A stretch of DNA of 59,020 nt from Fidelibacterota bacterium (lineage in GTDB: Bacteria; Fidelibacterota; Marinisomatia; Marinisomatales; Marinisomataceae), in assembly GCA_045560315.1 (NCBI GenBank), contig JBJKZN010000032.1, forward strand, positions 1 through 59,020. The letters are read 5' to 3'. The notes under the pieces were generated by a model that worked only from the letters and a program-made list of their open reading frames with translations, made no database searches and was not told the DNA's origin. Shown here in pieces: positions 49,227-59,020 of this stretch (within the stretch, counting starts at the first letter, position 1; every line of letters starts with the position of its first letter). A program made the position numbers and the translations under genes.

Positions 49227-50230
49227 GCGATAAACCTTTATTGAAAAAATCTGATTTTCAATCAGATCAAGCAATTCGTTGGTGCCCAGGATGTGGAGAT
49301 TATGCAATATTAGCTCAAACTCAGAAGGTATTTCCTGAAATTACTGAGAAGAAAGAAGATACAGTTTTTATATCTGGCATAGGATGCTCAAGCAGATTTC
49401 CATACTATATGAACACATATGGTTTTCATACTATTCATGGAAGAGCTCCAACAGTGGCCAGTGGTTTAAAGTTAGCTAATCCTGATTTATCAGTTTGGCT
49501 AGTTACTGGAGATGGAGATGGATTGTCAATTGGCGGAAATCATCTCATTCATCTATTAAGAAGAAATATTAATGTGAACGTAATGTTGTTTAATAATAGA
49601 ATTTATGGATTAACAAAAGGACAATATTCTCCTACATCAGAACAGGGAAAAGTCACATATTCTACTCCTATGGGATCATTAGACTATCCTTTTAAGCCTA
49701 CCCAGCTTGCTCTTGGTTCACAAGGATCTTTTGTAGCTAAAACGATTGATAAAGAGTTAAAGCATTTACGAAGTATTATAAAAAGAGCACATGAACATAA
49801 TGGAACAGCATTTATTGAAATTTATCAGAATTGTAATATCTTTAATGATGGTGCTTTTGCAAATTTAACTGATAGAGATACAAAAGCTGAACAACTTCTA
49901 TATCTTGAAAATGGCGAACCAATGATTTTTGGATCTGAAAAGAATAAAGGAATTTATTTAGACGGGACTAAGCCAAAAGTTGTAGAAATAGGAAAAAAAT
50001 ATTCAATCGAAGATATTTTAGTTCACGATGAATCTGATGCTTTCATAGGATCTATGTTATCTCATTTTACTGCAAATGAAGATTTTCCTGAAGCTTTAGG
50101 AGTCTTATTTTGTGAAGAGAGAGCAACGTATGATGATCTGATGTCAAATCAGATGAAAGAGGCAAATAAGCAAAAAGGTAAAAGCTTGCATGATTTATTA
50201 CATGCTGGAGACACGTGGGAGGTCAAATGA
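49223..50230 (+). CDS. korB: 2-oxoacid:ferredoxin oxidoreductase beta subunit
   Basis: WCPGCGD, SGIGCS, HGRA, TPP motif GDGD...NNRIYGLTKGQ. Confidence 0.94.
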   Translation: MSDKPLLKKSDFQSDQAIRWCPGCGDYAILAQTQKVFPEITEKKEDTVFISGIGCSSRFPYYMNTYGFHTIHGRAPTVASGLKLANPDLSVWLVTGDGDGLSIGGNHLIHLLRRNINVNVMLFNNRIYGLTKGQYSPTSEQGKVTYSTPMGSLDYPFKPTQLALGSQGSFVAKTIDKELKHLRSIIKRAHEHNGTAFIEIYQNCNIFNDGAFANLTDRDTKAEQLLYLENGEPMIFGSEKNKGIYLDGTKPKVVEIGKKYSIEDILVHDESDAFIGSMLSHFTANEDFPEALGVLFCEERATYDDLMSNQMKEANKQKGKSLHDLLHAGDTWEVK

Positions 50231-51630
50231 CAAAGTTTAGAACCGAAAAAGATAGTATTGGTCAAATAAAAGTACCTAAAAATGCTTATTTTGGAGCACA
50301 AACTCAAAGAGCTATTGAAAATTTCCAAATTGGATGGCCAATGGAGTTTAGTCTTATACTGCCATATATCATTATTAAAAAAGCTGCAGCAATGGCTAAT
50401 CATTCTCAAAAAAAATTATCAAAAAAATTAGCTAACGCCATTATAAAAGCATGTGATGATCTCATTGATCACCCAGAAAAATTTCTTGATCAATTTCCTG
50501 TGCCAGTATTTCAAACAGGAAGTGGAACTCAGACTAATATGAATGTAAATGAAGTAATAGCTAATAGAGCTAATGAAATATTGGGAGGTAAATTAGGTGA
50601 ATATAAATTTGTTCATCCAAATGATCATGTAAACATGTCCCAATCTACTAATGACACATTTCCAACTGCGACTCTTGTAGGATGTGCTTTAGCTGTAGAA
50701 GATATTTTACTACCTAGCTTAGAGCTTTTAGAGAAATCACTGACAAAGAAAACCAAAGAGTTTAATAAAATTATAAAAGTTGGTAGAACACATTTGCAAG
50801 ACGCAACTCCTATCAGATTAGGGCAAGAATTTTCTGGCTATGCTTCAATGGTTAGCCATGATATCAAAAGAATAAAAAATGCAGTTAAAGAGTGTACACA
50901 GCTTCCAATTGGTGGAACTGCTGTAGGAACAGGAATTAATACAGTAGAAGGATTTGATGCATTGGCAACTGGCTTTATTACAGAGGAAACTGGTATAGAA
51001 TTTGATGTATGTGATAATAAATTTGAATTACTATCATCTCAAAATGCTATATCTAATTTATCTTCTCAAATTAAAATATGCGCAGGCTCACTAAACAAAA
51101 TTGCTAATGATATTAGATGGCTAGCAAGTGGTCCTATGGCAGGAATTGGAGAGTTGATACTTCCATCAAATGAACCAGGAAGTTCTATTATGCCCGGAAA
51201 AGTTAACCCAACACAGTGCGAAGCAGTAAATATGGTTTATGCACAAATTTTAGGCAATGATTTGACAATTAACTATGCGGGATCCAATGGCAACTTTGAA
51301 TTAAATACCTATAGACCAATTATTGCATCTTCTATTCACGAGTCCATTACTTTGTTAGGAGAAGTGGCTGAGTCTTTTACATTAAATGCGCTAGATGGTT
51401 TAGAAGCGAATAAGGCAAAGATTGAAGAAAATTTAAATAAATCATTAATGCTCGTAACAGCATTAAATCCAGTCATTGGATATGAAAAAGCAGCAGAAAT
51501 TGCAAAAAAAGCTTTAAAAGAAAATATTTCATTGAAGGAAAGTGCAAAAAAATTGAAATATCTTTCGGAACAAGAGTTTGATGAGATCGTTAAACCAGAA
51601 TTAATGGTTTCTCCAAAAAAATATGACTAA
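50227..51630 (+). CDS. fumC: Class II fumarate hydratase
   Basis: QTGSGTQTNMN, GRTHLQDATP, GSSIMPGKVNP; ATG 50227 overlaps the korB stop (ATGA). Confidence 0.95.
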   Translation: MTKFRTEKDSIGQIKVPKNAYFGAQTQRAIENFQIGWPMEFSLILPYIIIKKAAAMANHSQKKLSKKLANAIIKACDDLIDHPEKFLDQFPVPVFQTGSGTQTNMNVNEVIANRANEILGGKLGEYKFVHPNDHVNMSQSTNDTFPTATLVGCALAVEDILLPSLELLEKSLTKKTKEFNKIIKVGRTHLQDATPIRLGQEFSGYASMVSHDIKRIKNAVKECTQLPIGGTAVGTGINTVEGFDALATGFITEETGIEFDVCDNKFELLSSQNAISNLSSQIKICAGSLNKIANDIRWLASGPMAGIGELILPSNEPGSSIMPGKVNPTQCEAVNMVYAQILGNDLTINYAGSNGNFELNTYRPIIASSIHESITLLGEVAESFTLNALDGLEANKAKIEENLNKSLMLVTALNPVIGYEKAAEIAKKALKENISLKESAKKLKYLSEQEFDEIVKPELMVSPKKYD

Positions 51631-53710
51631 ATCATTTCTAACCTCTGTTAGAATAATTGCTTATCTATCCGTTTTAGTAATTTTCTATATTGTATATCTA
51701 TCGAGAGATCTGCCTTCATTGGAGCGTTTAGAGACTTTTGATCCTGCAATGTTATCTACACTATACGATCGGAATGGAGAAGTCATTGGTGAATTTTATA
51801 TACAAAAAAGAGTATTTATTGATATAGAAGAAATGCCAGAACATCTTAAGCATGCGGCGATTGCTTCAGAAGATAAAAGATTTTATCAACACTGGGGCGT
51901 TGATTTGCAAAGTGTATTTCGTGCTATCATAGTTAATGTTTCTTCAATGAGTTTTAGGCAAGGATTTAGTACCCTTTCTCAGCAATTAGCGAGGAATCTT
52001 TATAAGGAGGTTGGGTTTAAAGATAGTATAACAAGAAAACTGAAGGAGATGATTACAGCCATTCAGATTGAAAGGACTTATACGAAACCAGAAATCCTAG
52101 AAATGTATTTAAATACGGTACATTTTGGACATGGAACCTATGGTGTCGAGTCCGCAGCAAAAAGATATTTTAATAAAAAGGCATCAGAATTAACAATAGG
52201 AGAATCTGCAATGTTGATAGGACTATTGCCTTCTCCTGCTAACTATTCTCCTTTGAGAAATTTAAATAAAGCAATTGAAAGACGATCTATTGTTTTACGC
52301 GTAATGTATAATCAAGACTATATTAATCATCAACAGTATATAGAGAATAATAGTATTATACCTGATAATATTTCCTATGAAATTCCAAGAGGTAAAGCCC
52401 CTTATTTTGCAGAACATGTAAGAAGAATTCTAGAGAAGCAAGATGATGAATTGGGTATCAATCTTTATCAGGATGGTCTAAAGATTTATACTACTTTAGA
52501 TTATCGTCTTCAAAAAATTGCAGAAGATGCTGTGATGAAAACATTGAAGAACAATCAGGATGAATTTAACGCTCAACTTTTTGAAGATAATGACAGGTTT
52601 TCAAAGTTAGGATATCTAGGAATCTTTCCAGAAGACTCTGTTAAGATGATGTTAAATGGGCAGATGAAGTTGTATGAAGATTTAAGAGAAAATTTATTAG
52701 TGCAATGTGCTTTTATTGCTATAGACAGTAAAAATGGAGAAATTTTAGCAATGATTGGTGGACGATCTGATTATTTAGATCAATACAATCGATCAACTCA
52801 AGCTCTAAGACAACCTGGTTCAGTATTTAAACCATATATCTATACTGCAGCAATAGATAATAATTATCCAGTAACAACGCAACTTCTCAATCAACCTGTT
52901 GCCCTATATCGTAATAATGCTAAAGGAGAAAAGGAAAAATGGACTCCTAGAAATTATGATAATAGCACAGGAGGATTGACTACACTAAGGGAAGGGTTAC
53001 GTCGATCATTAAATTTAATTTCTGTTCGTATGGTTCAAGAATTGGTTCCGCCGCAACAGGTAAAAAATATAGCAAGAAGAATGCAAATTAATTCTCCAAT
53101 TCGAGCTGTAGATGCAATTGCATTAGGAACTTCTGAAGTTAAGCCAATAGAAATTGTTGCTTCCTATGCAACATTTGCTAATAGAGGAATTTATTCTTCT
53201 CCAATTGCAATCACTAGAATTGAAGATAAGTATGGCCAAACGATAAAGGAATTTACCAATACACAAAAAGAGGTATTAAGTCCAGAAACAGCATATATGG
53301 TTACTAATTTATTACAAACAGTGATGGATAAAGGAACCGGGGGAAGCGTAAGGTGGAAATATAAATTTAGACATGCAGCAGGCGGTAAAACTGGTACTAC
53401 ACAGAATTGGAGTGATGCATGGTTTGTTGGATTTACTCCTAGCATTACTGCTGGAGTATGGTTTGGAGTAGACCAATACCCTATTAGTCTTGGAGAAGGT
53501 CAAGCAGGCAGTGTAGCAGCTTTACCTGCATGGGCATTATTTATGAAACAGGCTCATAAAACATTAAATATTCCAAATGAACCATTTGATATGCCTGAAG
53601 GGGTTGTAGAAGTTGAAATTGATTCTGAAACAAAAAGATTGCCTAGTTCAAGGACTAAAAAAACAGAATTAGAAGTTTTCTTAAAGAGTAACCAGCCGAC
53701 ATCTAATTAA
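51623..53710 (+). CDS. Class A penicillin-binding protein (PBP1A family)
   Basis: Transglycosylase EDKRFY.H.GVD, STLSQQLARN, RKLKE; transpeptidase SVFK, SLN, KTG. Confidence 0.96.
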   Translation: MTKSFLTSVRIIAYLSVLVIFYIVYLSRDLPSLERLETFDPAMLSTLYDRNGEVIGEFYIQKRVFIDIEEMPEHLKHAAIASEDKRFYQHWGVDLQSVFRAIIVNVSSMSFRQGFSTLSQQLARNLYKEVGFKDSITRKLKEMITAIQIERTYTKPEILEMYLNTVHFGHGTYGVESAAKRYFNKKASELTIGESAMLIGLLPSPANYSPLRNLNKAIERRSIVLRVMYNQDYINHQQYIENNSIIPDNISYEIPRGKAPYFAEHVRRILEKQDDELGINLYQDGLKIYTTLDYRLQKIAEDAVMKTLKNNQDEFNAQLFEDNDRFSKLGYLGIFPEDSVKMMLNGQMKLYEDLRENLLVQCAFIAIDSKNGEILAMIGGRSDYLDQYNRSTQALRQPGSVFKPYIYTAAIDNNYPVTTQLLNQPVALYRNNAKGEKEKWTPRNYDNSTGGLTTLREGLRRSLNLISVRMVQELVPPQQVKNIARRMQINSPIRAVDAIALGTSEVKPIEIVASYATFANRGIYSSPIAITRIEDKYGQTIKEFTNTQKEVLSPETAYMVTNLLQTVMDKGTGGSVRWKYKFRHAAGGKTGTTQNWSDAWFVGFTPSITAGVWFGVDQYPISLGEGQAGSVAALPAWALFMKQAHKTLNIPNEPFDMPEGVVEVEIDSETKRLPSSRTKKTELEVFLKSNQPTSN

Positions 53711-55056
53711 TTCTTTTTATCAGATAGAAATAAGATAATTAGTCCTACTATCAATAAGATAATATTTGGCATCCAAGAACCAATTGCAGGATCTAAAAGA
53801 GCTCTATCAGCTAGCTGTTCTCCCCATATTAATAAGATATAGTAGATGAGGAAGAATGCAATGCTCAATGCAGAGGCAATTGTAATTCCACCTCTTTTTA
53901 CTAAGATTCCTAGCGGTGCTCCAACAAGAGTAAATAATATACATGCAACTGCGAGAGTAAATTTTTTGTGAATCTCAACAAGGAATTTATTATTATTTTT
54001 TTCATAATTGTCAATAAGGGTGAATTCATTTTGAAATTGCCTTGCATTATTGTTTAATGAGCGTATTTTTTCTTTTTGCTCATATTCGCCTACGGGAATA
54101 TCTTTATTATAGTCTCTTGCTTCTTCTCCGTTAGGAGTTGCATCATTTTTCAGCAGTTCAATTTGAGCAATAATATTTGTAAGACTCATATCAGTGCCAG
54201 TTTCAATACCAAGATCATTTTTAACAGTTTCAATACGTCTCTTTATTTGTTCTATAGATACTTTATTCTGTTGAATTTTTTCAATCATCGCAGGTACTCT
54301 CATTTCACGATCAGTGCGATTGGATTCACTAGTTCTATTTAGCAATAGATCATCCATAGAAATAATAATCTGGTGTGTACCAAATTTGATTTTACGATAA
54401 TGGTCATAATTTTCTAAATCAATCTCATGAATTTCACCATTTTGTAGGTTCACCGTGATAACACCATCCTTAGATTCTAAAGAACCTGTCTCAGCATATA
54501 TAGTCGTTTGTTCTGATTGTGTATTTTTGCTAAATATTTTGACATCTTTAAATTGATTTCCCTCTAATTCTTTAACAATCATAGTATATTGCGGGATCAT
54601 ATCTACAAAATATCCAGGTTCAATAGTCAGTTCAGGTTTTTTTTGGTAGATATCTCTTGCTAGTAAGCGAGCATTATAATTCATATCAGGAAGGATAAAA
54701 TTATTGAATAGACATAATAAGAATCCAACGACACTTCCAAACCATAATGCCGGCTTGATAATGCTGAATAAGTTAACACCTGCAGATTTTAGGGCTGTAA
54801 TTTCGTTTTCTTGTGACATTCTTCCATAAGTCATTACACTGGATATTAAGAGAGACATCGGAACAGATAATGCAATAATCCATGCAAGATTTAAATAGAG
54901 GTATTCAAATATAATAAATGCATCTAATCCTTTGCCTAGAAAACGATCAATGGCTCTAATTAAGAACTGAAGAAACAAGACTGTAGTAATTACTCCCACA
55001 GAAAGAATGAAAGGAATAAAAGATTGTTTCATTAAATATTTGTTTAAAGTGCTCAT
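53707..55056 (-). CDS. LptF/LptG family LPS export permease
   Basis: ENEITALKSAG, jellyroll periplasmic region, VEIHKK, GAPLG, WMPN. Confidence 0.93.
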   Translation of the reverse strand: MSTLNKYLMKQSFIPFILSVGVITTVLFLQFLIRAIDRFLGKGLDAFIIFEYLYLNLAWIIALSVPMSLLISSVMTYGRMSQENEITALKSAGVNLFSIIKPALWFGSVVGFLLCLFNNFILPDMNYNARLLARDIYQKKPELTIEPGYFVDMIPQYTMIVKELEGNQFKDVKIFSKNTQSEQTTIYAETGSLESKDGVITVNLQNGEIHEIDLENYDHYRKIKFGTHQIIISMDDLLLNRTSESNRTDREMRVPAMIEKIQQNKVSIEQIKRRIETVKNDLGIETGTDMSLTNIIAQIELLKNDATPNGEEARDYNKDIPVGEYEQKEKIRSLNNNARQFQNEFTLIDNYEKNNNKFLVEIHKKFTLAVACILFTLVGAPLGILVKRGGITIASALSIAFFLIYYILLIWGEQLADRALLDPAIGSWMPNIILLIVGLIILFLSDKKN

Positions 55057-55142
55057 TTTGGATTATTTGTAAAAATTTAACTCTACTTGTGTAAAAACGT
55101 AAACTATAATAAGTTTGCAGGCTTATTTAAGTTTAAGCCAAT

Positions 55143-55217
55143 GGTGACTGTAGCTCAGTTGGTTAGAGCCCCGGATTGTGATTCCGGCTGTCGTGGGTTC
55201 GAGTCCCATCAGTCACC
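55143..55217 (+). tRNA. tRNA-His(GTG)
   Basis: G-1:C73 pair, anticodon arm CCGGA-TTGTGAT-TCCGG, T loop GTTCGAG. Confidence 0.97.
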
Positions 55218-55228
55218 CGTATAAATTT

Positions 55229-55303
55229 CGGGGTGTAGCGTAGTCCGGTTAGCGCACCTGCTTTGGGAGCAGGGGGTCGCAGGTTCAAATCCTGCCACCC
55301 CGA
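55229..55303 (+). tRNA. tRNA-Pro(TGG)
   Basis: CGGGGTG/CACCCCG acceptor stem, anticodon arm CCTGC-TTTGGGA-GCAGG, GTTCAAA T loop. Confidence 0.97.
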
Positions 55304-55328
55304 CAATAACAAATGGAGGAAATATAAA

Positions 55329-55472
55329 ATGGGTAAAAAATTATCACTTGGAGCAATGACTGGAGTTGGAGTTGGAGTAGGTGTTGCAGTTGGTGTTGCT
55401 TTAGATGACTATGCAGTAGGACTTGGTATAGGAGTCGCTATTGTAATTGTAATGAAATTAATGAGTAAATAA
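55329..55472 (+). CDS. Small 47-aa Gly/Val-rich membrane protein
   Basis: Strong RBS GGAGGA (55315-55320); MGKKLSLGAMTGVGVGVGVAVGVALDDYAVGLGIGVAIVIVMKLMSK; terminator follows. Confidence 0.8.
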   Translation: MGKKLSLGAMTGVGVGVGVAVGVALDDYAVGLGIGVAIVIVMKLMSK

Positions 55473-55496
55473 GATTTGATGAAAGCCAAGTCTTAG

Positions 55497-55523
55497 AAAA
55501 AGCCTCTTTATAGAGGCTTTTTT
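55497..55523 (+). terminator. Intrinsic terminator (bidirectional shape)
   Basis: AAAAAGCCTCT-TTAT-AGAGGCTTTTTT. Confidence 0.9.
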
Positions 55524-55576
55524 GTTTTGTAGATTGAATTATTACATTATTTAAAATACTTGGAAGGTTAAATAGT

Positions 55577-57094
55577 ATGAGATTTATAACATTAATTATT
55601 TTTTCTAGTATTCTTTTTGCACAAGAATATTCTGTTGATACTGATATAGTGTCACAAATTCGTGAAGAAGGACTCAATCATTCAGATCTACCAAATACAC
55701 TTTCTTATATGACAGATGTATTAGGTGCTCGTTTAACAAATTCTAATGATATGTATCGTGCACAAGAATGGGTGATAGAGCATTTAAACAATATTGGTCT
55801 CGAGAATGTACAAATTGAATCTTTTATGGATTACGGTGTGAGTTGGGACAATACTTATTTTAGTCTTCATTTATTAGAACCAGATTATCAACCGATGCTG
55901 GGATATCCTATTGCACATACACCTGGAACAATGGGAAGGAAAAAATTAGATACAGTAATTGCAGATATTCGAACCAAATCAGATTTAAAAAAATATAAAG
56001 GTAAGCTACGAGGGAAAGCTGTGTTGTCTACTCCTCCGCCTACTATTAATTTAGATAGATTTCGAGATGGAGTAAAACCTTGGAGCGATGAAGAATTGAA
56101 AGAAAAAGAAGGTCCAAGAAAACCTCGTACATCAGGAAATAATCAAAGCAGTTCTTCAGAAAAACGTATTAGTAGCGTAGAGCGCAATGCATTCTTTAAA
56201 AAGGAAGGCGTATCAGTTATTTTAGAGTCTCGTAGTGGTTGGTTAGCAGCAGTAAGAGGATTTGCTAGACCAGGAGCAAAGAAAGATGTCTATGAGAAGA
56301 AAGATACAATAAATCATTTACCATTGGTCGCAGTTACTCCAGAACATTACAATCGCATGTATCGCATTCTTGAGCGTGGTATCCCTGTAAAAATTGAAGT
56401 TGATGTAAGAACGACTATTGGGAATCAAAGAAGAGAAGCCAGAAATATCATAGCTGAAATTCCTGGATCAGACTTAAAAGATGAAGTGGTAATGCTTGGA
56501 GCACATTTTGACACGTGGCATGCAAGTCCCAATGCAAGTGATAATACATCAGGTGTTGCTGTCATGTTAGAAGCGGTACGTATTTTAAAGGAAATGGGTG
56601 TACAGCCAAGAAGAACCATTCGTATTGCACTATGGAGTGGCGAAGAACAGGGATTATGGGGATCAAAAAAGTATGTAGAAAAACACTTTGGTAATGAAGA
56701 CAACCCAAAACCTGATTATGAAAAATTTTCAGTATACTTTAATCAAGATTATGGCCCAGGATTATATCGTGGAATCTATCTTCAAGGGAATGAAAATGCG
56801 TATGATGTATTTTCTGCTTGGACAAAACCTTTCAATGATTTAGGTATGACAACAGTCTCACCACAATCTGTTGGTAGCACTGATCATATTCCATTTCATC
56901 GTGTAGGTCTTCCAGCTTTCCAATTTTTACAAGATAGGGTTGGAGGAACGGGCGGACATACCAATTTAGATTTTTATGATACATTACCAATAGAAGATTT
57001 AAAGAAGAATGCAGTCATTGTTGCATCATTTGTATATCATGCGGCAATGATGGATAAACAAATCCCTCGTCAGTCAAGTAAAGATGAAGAATAA
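55577..57094 (+). CDS. Secreted M28/M20-family metallopeptidase with PA-like insert
   Basis: Signal peptide ILFA|Q; GARLT, GAHFDTW, ASDNTSG, WSGEEQG, STDH.PF, HTNLD. Confidence 0.92.
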   Translation: MRFITLIIFSSILFAQEYSVDTDIVSQIREEGLNHSDLPNTLSYMTDVLGARLTNSNDMYRAQEWVIEHLNNIGLENVQIESFMDYGVSWDNTYFSLHLLEPDYQPMLGYPIAHTPGTMGRKKLDTVIADIRTKSDLKKYKGKLRGKAVLSTPPPTINLDRFRDGVKPWSDEELKEKEGPRKPRTSGNNQSSSSEKRISSVERNAFFKKEGVSVILESRSGWLAAVRGFARPGAKKDVYEKKDTINHLPLVAVTPEHYNRMYRILERGIPVKIEVDVRTTIGNQRREARNIIAEIPGSDLKDEVVMLGAHFDTWHASPNASDNTSGVAVMLEAVRILKEMGVQPRRTIRIALWSGEEQGLWGSKKYVEKHFGNEDNPKPDYEKFSVYFNQDYGPGLYRGIYLQGNENAYDVFSAWTKPFNDLGMTTVSPQSVGSTDHIPFHRVGLPAFQFLQDRVGGTGGHTNLDFYDTLPIEDLKKNAVIVASFVYHAAMMDKQIPRQSSKDEE

Positions 57095-58010
57095 GAATCA
57101 TCTTATAATTTTTATTGCCTTCCTGATTATAAGTTGTAACGACTCAAATCATGATAATGAAAATCATGCGCTATCTGAAAGAATTGATTTAGGGGAAATT
57201 GAAAATGATGATATTCAAGAAGCTTCTGGGATAGTTGCTAGTTTAACAAATGATAATGTAATCTGGACTCATAATGATTCAGGAGATTCAAATAGAATTT
57301 TTGCAATGGACACTCAAGGGAAACATCTCGGAGAATATTTTTTAAATGATAGTCAGAACCGAGATTGGGAAGATATAGCGATAGGTCCTGGCCCAGAAGA
57401 AGGATTGCATTATTTGTATGTTGGAGATATTGGAGACAATTTTTCTGAGAATGATATAAAACACATCTATCGGGTAATTGAACCACAGTTAAACTCTAGT
57501 TCAAATTTCAATAGTATTCAATTAGATGGTATAGAATCTATTTCCTTCCAATATGAAGATGGAAATCGAGATGCTGAGACATTAATAATTGATCCATTAA
57601 CAAAAGACATCATTATTATATCCAAGCGAGAAGCAACAGATGTACATATTTATTCAATTCCATTTCCGCAAGATACTGATACTATTTTGACTGCAAATTT
57701 GATCATGACCAAAGATTTTTATCCAAATGATAATTTTGCTACTTCACAATGGATTGTTGGTGGTGATATTTCTCATGATGGTAAAGAAATCTTAGTAAAG
57801 TCATATACTGATATATTTTATTTTTCTCGAACAAGTAATCAATCTTTTTATGATGCGCTCAATAATGAAGAAATAAAATTTCCATACATCACTGAACCTC
57901 AAGGTGAAGCAATTTGTTGGGATGCAAATATTTCTGGATATTATACTTTGAGCGAAGAAGCAGATGATGCTAATCAGCCATCACATTTATACTTTTATCA
58001 AAAGGACTAA
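57084..58010 (+). CDS. Hypothetical lipoprotein, likely beta-propeller (phytase/SdiA-regulated-like)
   Basis: Lipobox IISC; EASG, WTHNDSG, DWEDIA, GDIGDN, DAETL, QGEAI, TLSE repeats. Confidence 0.7.
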   Translation: MKNKNHLIIFIAFLIISCNDSNHDNENHALSERIDLGEIENDDIQEASGIVASLTNDNVIWTHNDSGDSNRIFAMDTQGKHLGEYFLNDSQNRDWEDIAIGPGPEEGLHYLYVGDIGDNFSENDIKHIYRVIEPQLNSSSNFNSIQLDGIESISFQYEDGNRDAETLIIDPLTKDIIIISKREATDVHIYSIPFPQDTDTILTANLIMTKDFYPNDNFATSQWIVGGDISHDGKEILVKSYTDIFYFSRTSNQSFYDALNNEEIKFPYITEPQGEAICWDANISGYYTLSEEADDANQPSHLYFYQKD

Positions 58011-58876
58011 TGATGACATTTTTGGATAAAATCATTACCGATAATCAAAAAATTGAACTTTATAAGTTCAACGGAGAAGGCTTTGTTGAATTGCCAAACG
58101 ATTATCATAATGATAATGCTATTAAGGTATGTTTTTTAGACCTTGAAACAACAGGTCTTAATAAAGAAACATGTAAGATTATAGAATTTGCTGGCAAGTT
58201 AACTGCGATTGATAAAAATAATGGAGAATTGTTAGGTATTATAGATGAATATGAATCATTCAATGATCCAGAAGAAGATATTGCTCCAGAAATTACCAGA
58301 ATTACAGGTATTACTAATGAAATTGTGGCAGGACACTCTCTGGATTGGGAATCAGTATCTCGTGTTATCAGTAATGCTGATATTATTGTAGCACATAATG
58401 CTAGTTTTGATCGTGCATTTATGGATCGATATTTGCCGCTTTCACAGGATAAAGTATGGGTATGCTCTGTAAATGATATTAATTGGCCAGAACGAGGATT
58501 TGGAGCTAGAGGACAGGAGATTTTATGTATCTGGCATGGTTTTTATTATGAATCTCATCGTGCTATGTCTGATGTAGATGCATTAATCCATCTCGTGACA
58601 CATGATGTTGAAGGATTAGATAAGGCGTCACTAGAATTATTAGTCAATGCAGGAAAGCCTACCTATAAGATTGCTGCATTAAATAGTCCTTTTGAAACAA
58701 AAGATCTGCTAAAATCGAGAAAATATCGTTGGGATCCAGAAAATAGATATTGGTGGAAAAATCTATTATTAGAAGAAATTGAAATTGAAAAAGAATGGAT
58801 GGCTGATAATATTTATAATGGGCATTTTCAAGGAAGAGTTGATGAAATTTCTTTAACTGAAAAACATAAATCTTAA
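58010..58876 (+). CDS. DEDDh 3'-5' exonuclease (DnaQ/epsilon-like)
   Basis: DLETTG, AHNASFDR, HRAMSDV; C-terminal PFETKDLLKSRKYRW domain. Confidence 0.92.
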   Translation: MMTFLDKIITDNQKIELYKFNGEGFVELPNDYHNDNAIKVCFLDLETTGLNKETCKIIEFAGKLTAIDKNNGELLGIIDEYESFNDPEEDIAPEITRITGITNEIVAGHSLDWESVSRVISNADIIVAHNASFDRAFMDRYLPLSQDKVWVCSVNDINWPERGFGARGQEILCIWHGFYYESHRAMSDVDALIHLVTHDVEGLDKASLELLVNAGKPTYKIAALNSPFETKDLLKSRKYRWDPENRYWWKNLLLEEIEIEKEWMADNIYNGHFQGRVDEISLTEKHKS

Positions 58877-58958
58877 CCTTATTTCTGCAACGTTTCTTAT
58901 CGTGCTTTTCCTTGATGAATAGATACTTATCTTATAAATTCATTTAAATAATTTTACT

Positions 58959-59020
58959 ATGTCAAAAAAACAAAAAGTATCGCAAAAAGAAGTCGAAAAA
59001 ATAGCATCGCTTTCACGACT
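58959..59020 (+). CDS. gatC: Asp/Glu-tRNA amidotransferase subunit C, N-terminal fragment (runs off window)
   Basis: MSKKQKVSQKEVEKIASLSR matches the GatC N-terminus (I-x3-EV-x-KIA-x-LARL); only 20 codons visible. Confidence 0.7.
   Translation, partial: MSKKQKVSQKEVEKIASLSR

Noticed and set aside
47376-51630. korAB, fumC and mdh as evidence of reductive TCA carbon fixation
   Set aside because: No citrate lyase or fumarate reductase in the window; these genes also serve oxidative TCA in heterotrophs, and the context is catabolic
55263-55328. N-terminal 22 codons of the 69-aa ORF in the track
   Set aside because: Overlaps tRNA-Pro; the real start is ATG 55329 with an RBS
58010-58876. DnaQ-like exonuclease as a defence or CRISPR-associated gene
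   Set aside because: No cas, RT or other defence genes adjacent; matches a common stand-alone epsilon-like family
58895-58945. Weak AT-rich hairpin upstream of gatC
   Set aside because: Short A-U pairing expected by chance at this composition; no T-box or terminator features
55143-59020. Integrative element or prophage at the tRNA genes (also checked tRNA-Phe at 10557)
   Set aside because: No integrase, no duplicated tRNA 3' end and no phage genes seen in the window

Overview
AT-rich, very gene-dense bacterial chromosome segment with many abutting or overlapping genes. Gene content (SprA, Bacteroidetes-type glutaminyl cyclase, alternative GlmU, DUF2480, KorAB, split methylmalonyl-CoA mutase) points to a streamlined FCB-superphylum organism, plausibly marine Marinimicrobia (inference, no search run). 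It holds about 55 CDS and 3 tRNAs (Phe, His, Pro): an FTR1 iron permease plus cupredoxin with a Fur-like palindrome, an RND efflux operon, an rdgB-sprA-QC-nuclease-TPR operon, rng-rplU-rpmA-mdh, acyl-CoA/ETF/Fe-S oxidoreductase genes, a six-gene 3-keto-glycoside-type sugar cluster, a nine-gene SUF operon divergent from korAB-fumC-PBP1A, and housekeeping genes. No integrase, transposase, CRISPR or prophage was seen. Best leads: a switch-like structured RNA upstream of etfBA, the SprA operon with a glutaminyl cyclase and visible Q-rule substrates plus an RMDN-like TPR protein, the DoxX-linked keto-glycoside pathway, a structured rng leader, and two divergent genes whose start codons share one CATG. 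All product calls come from motif recognition by eye.
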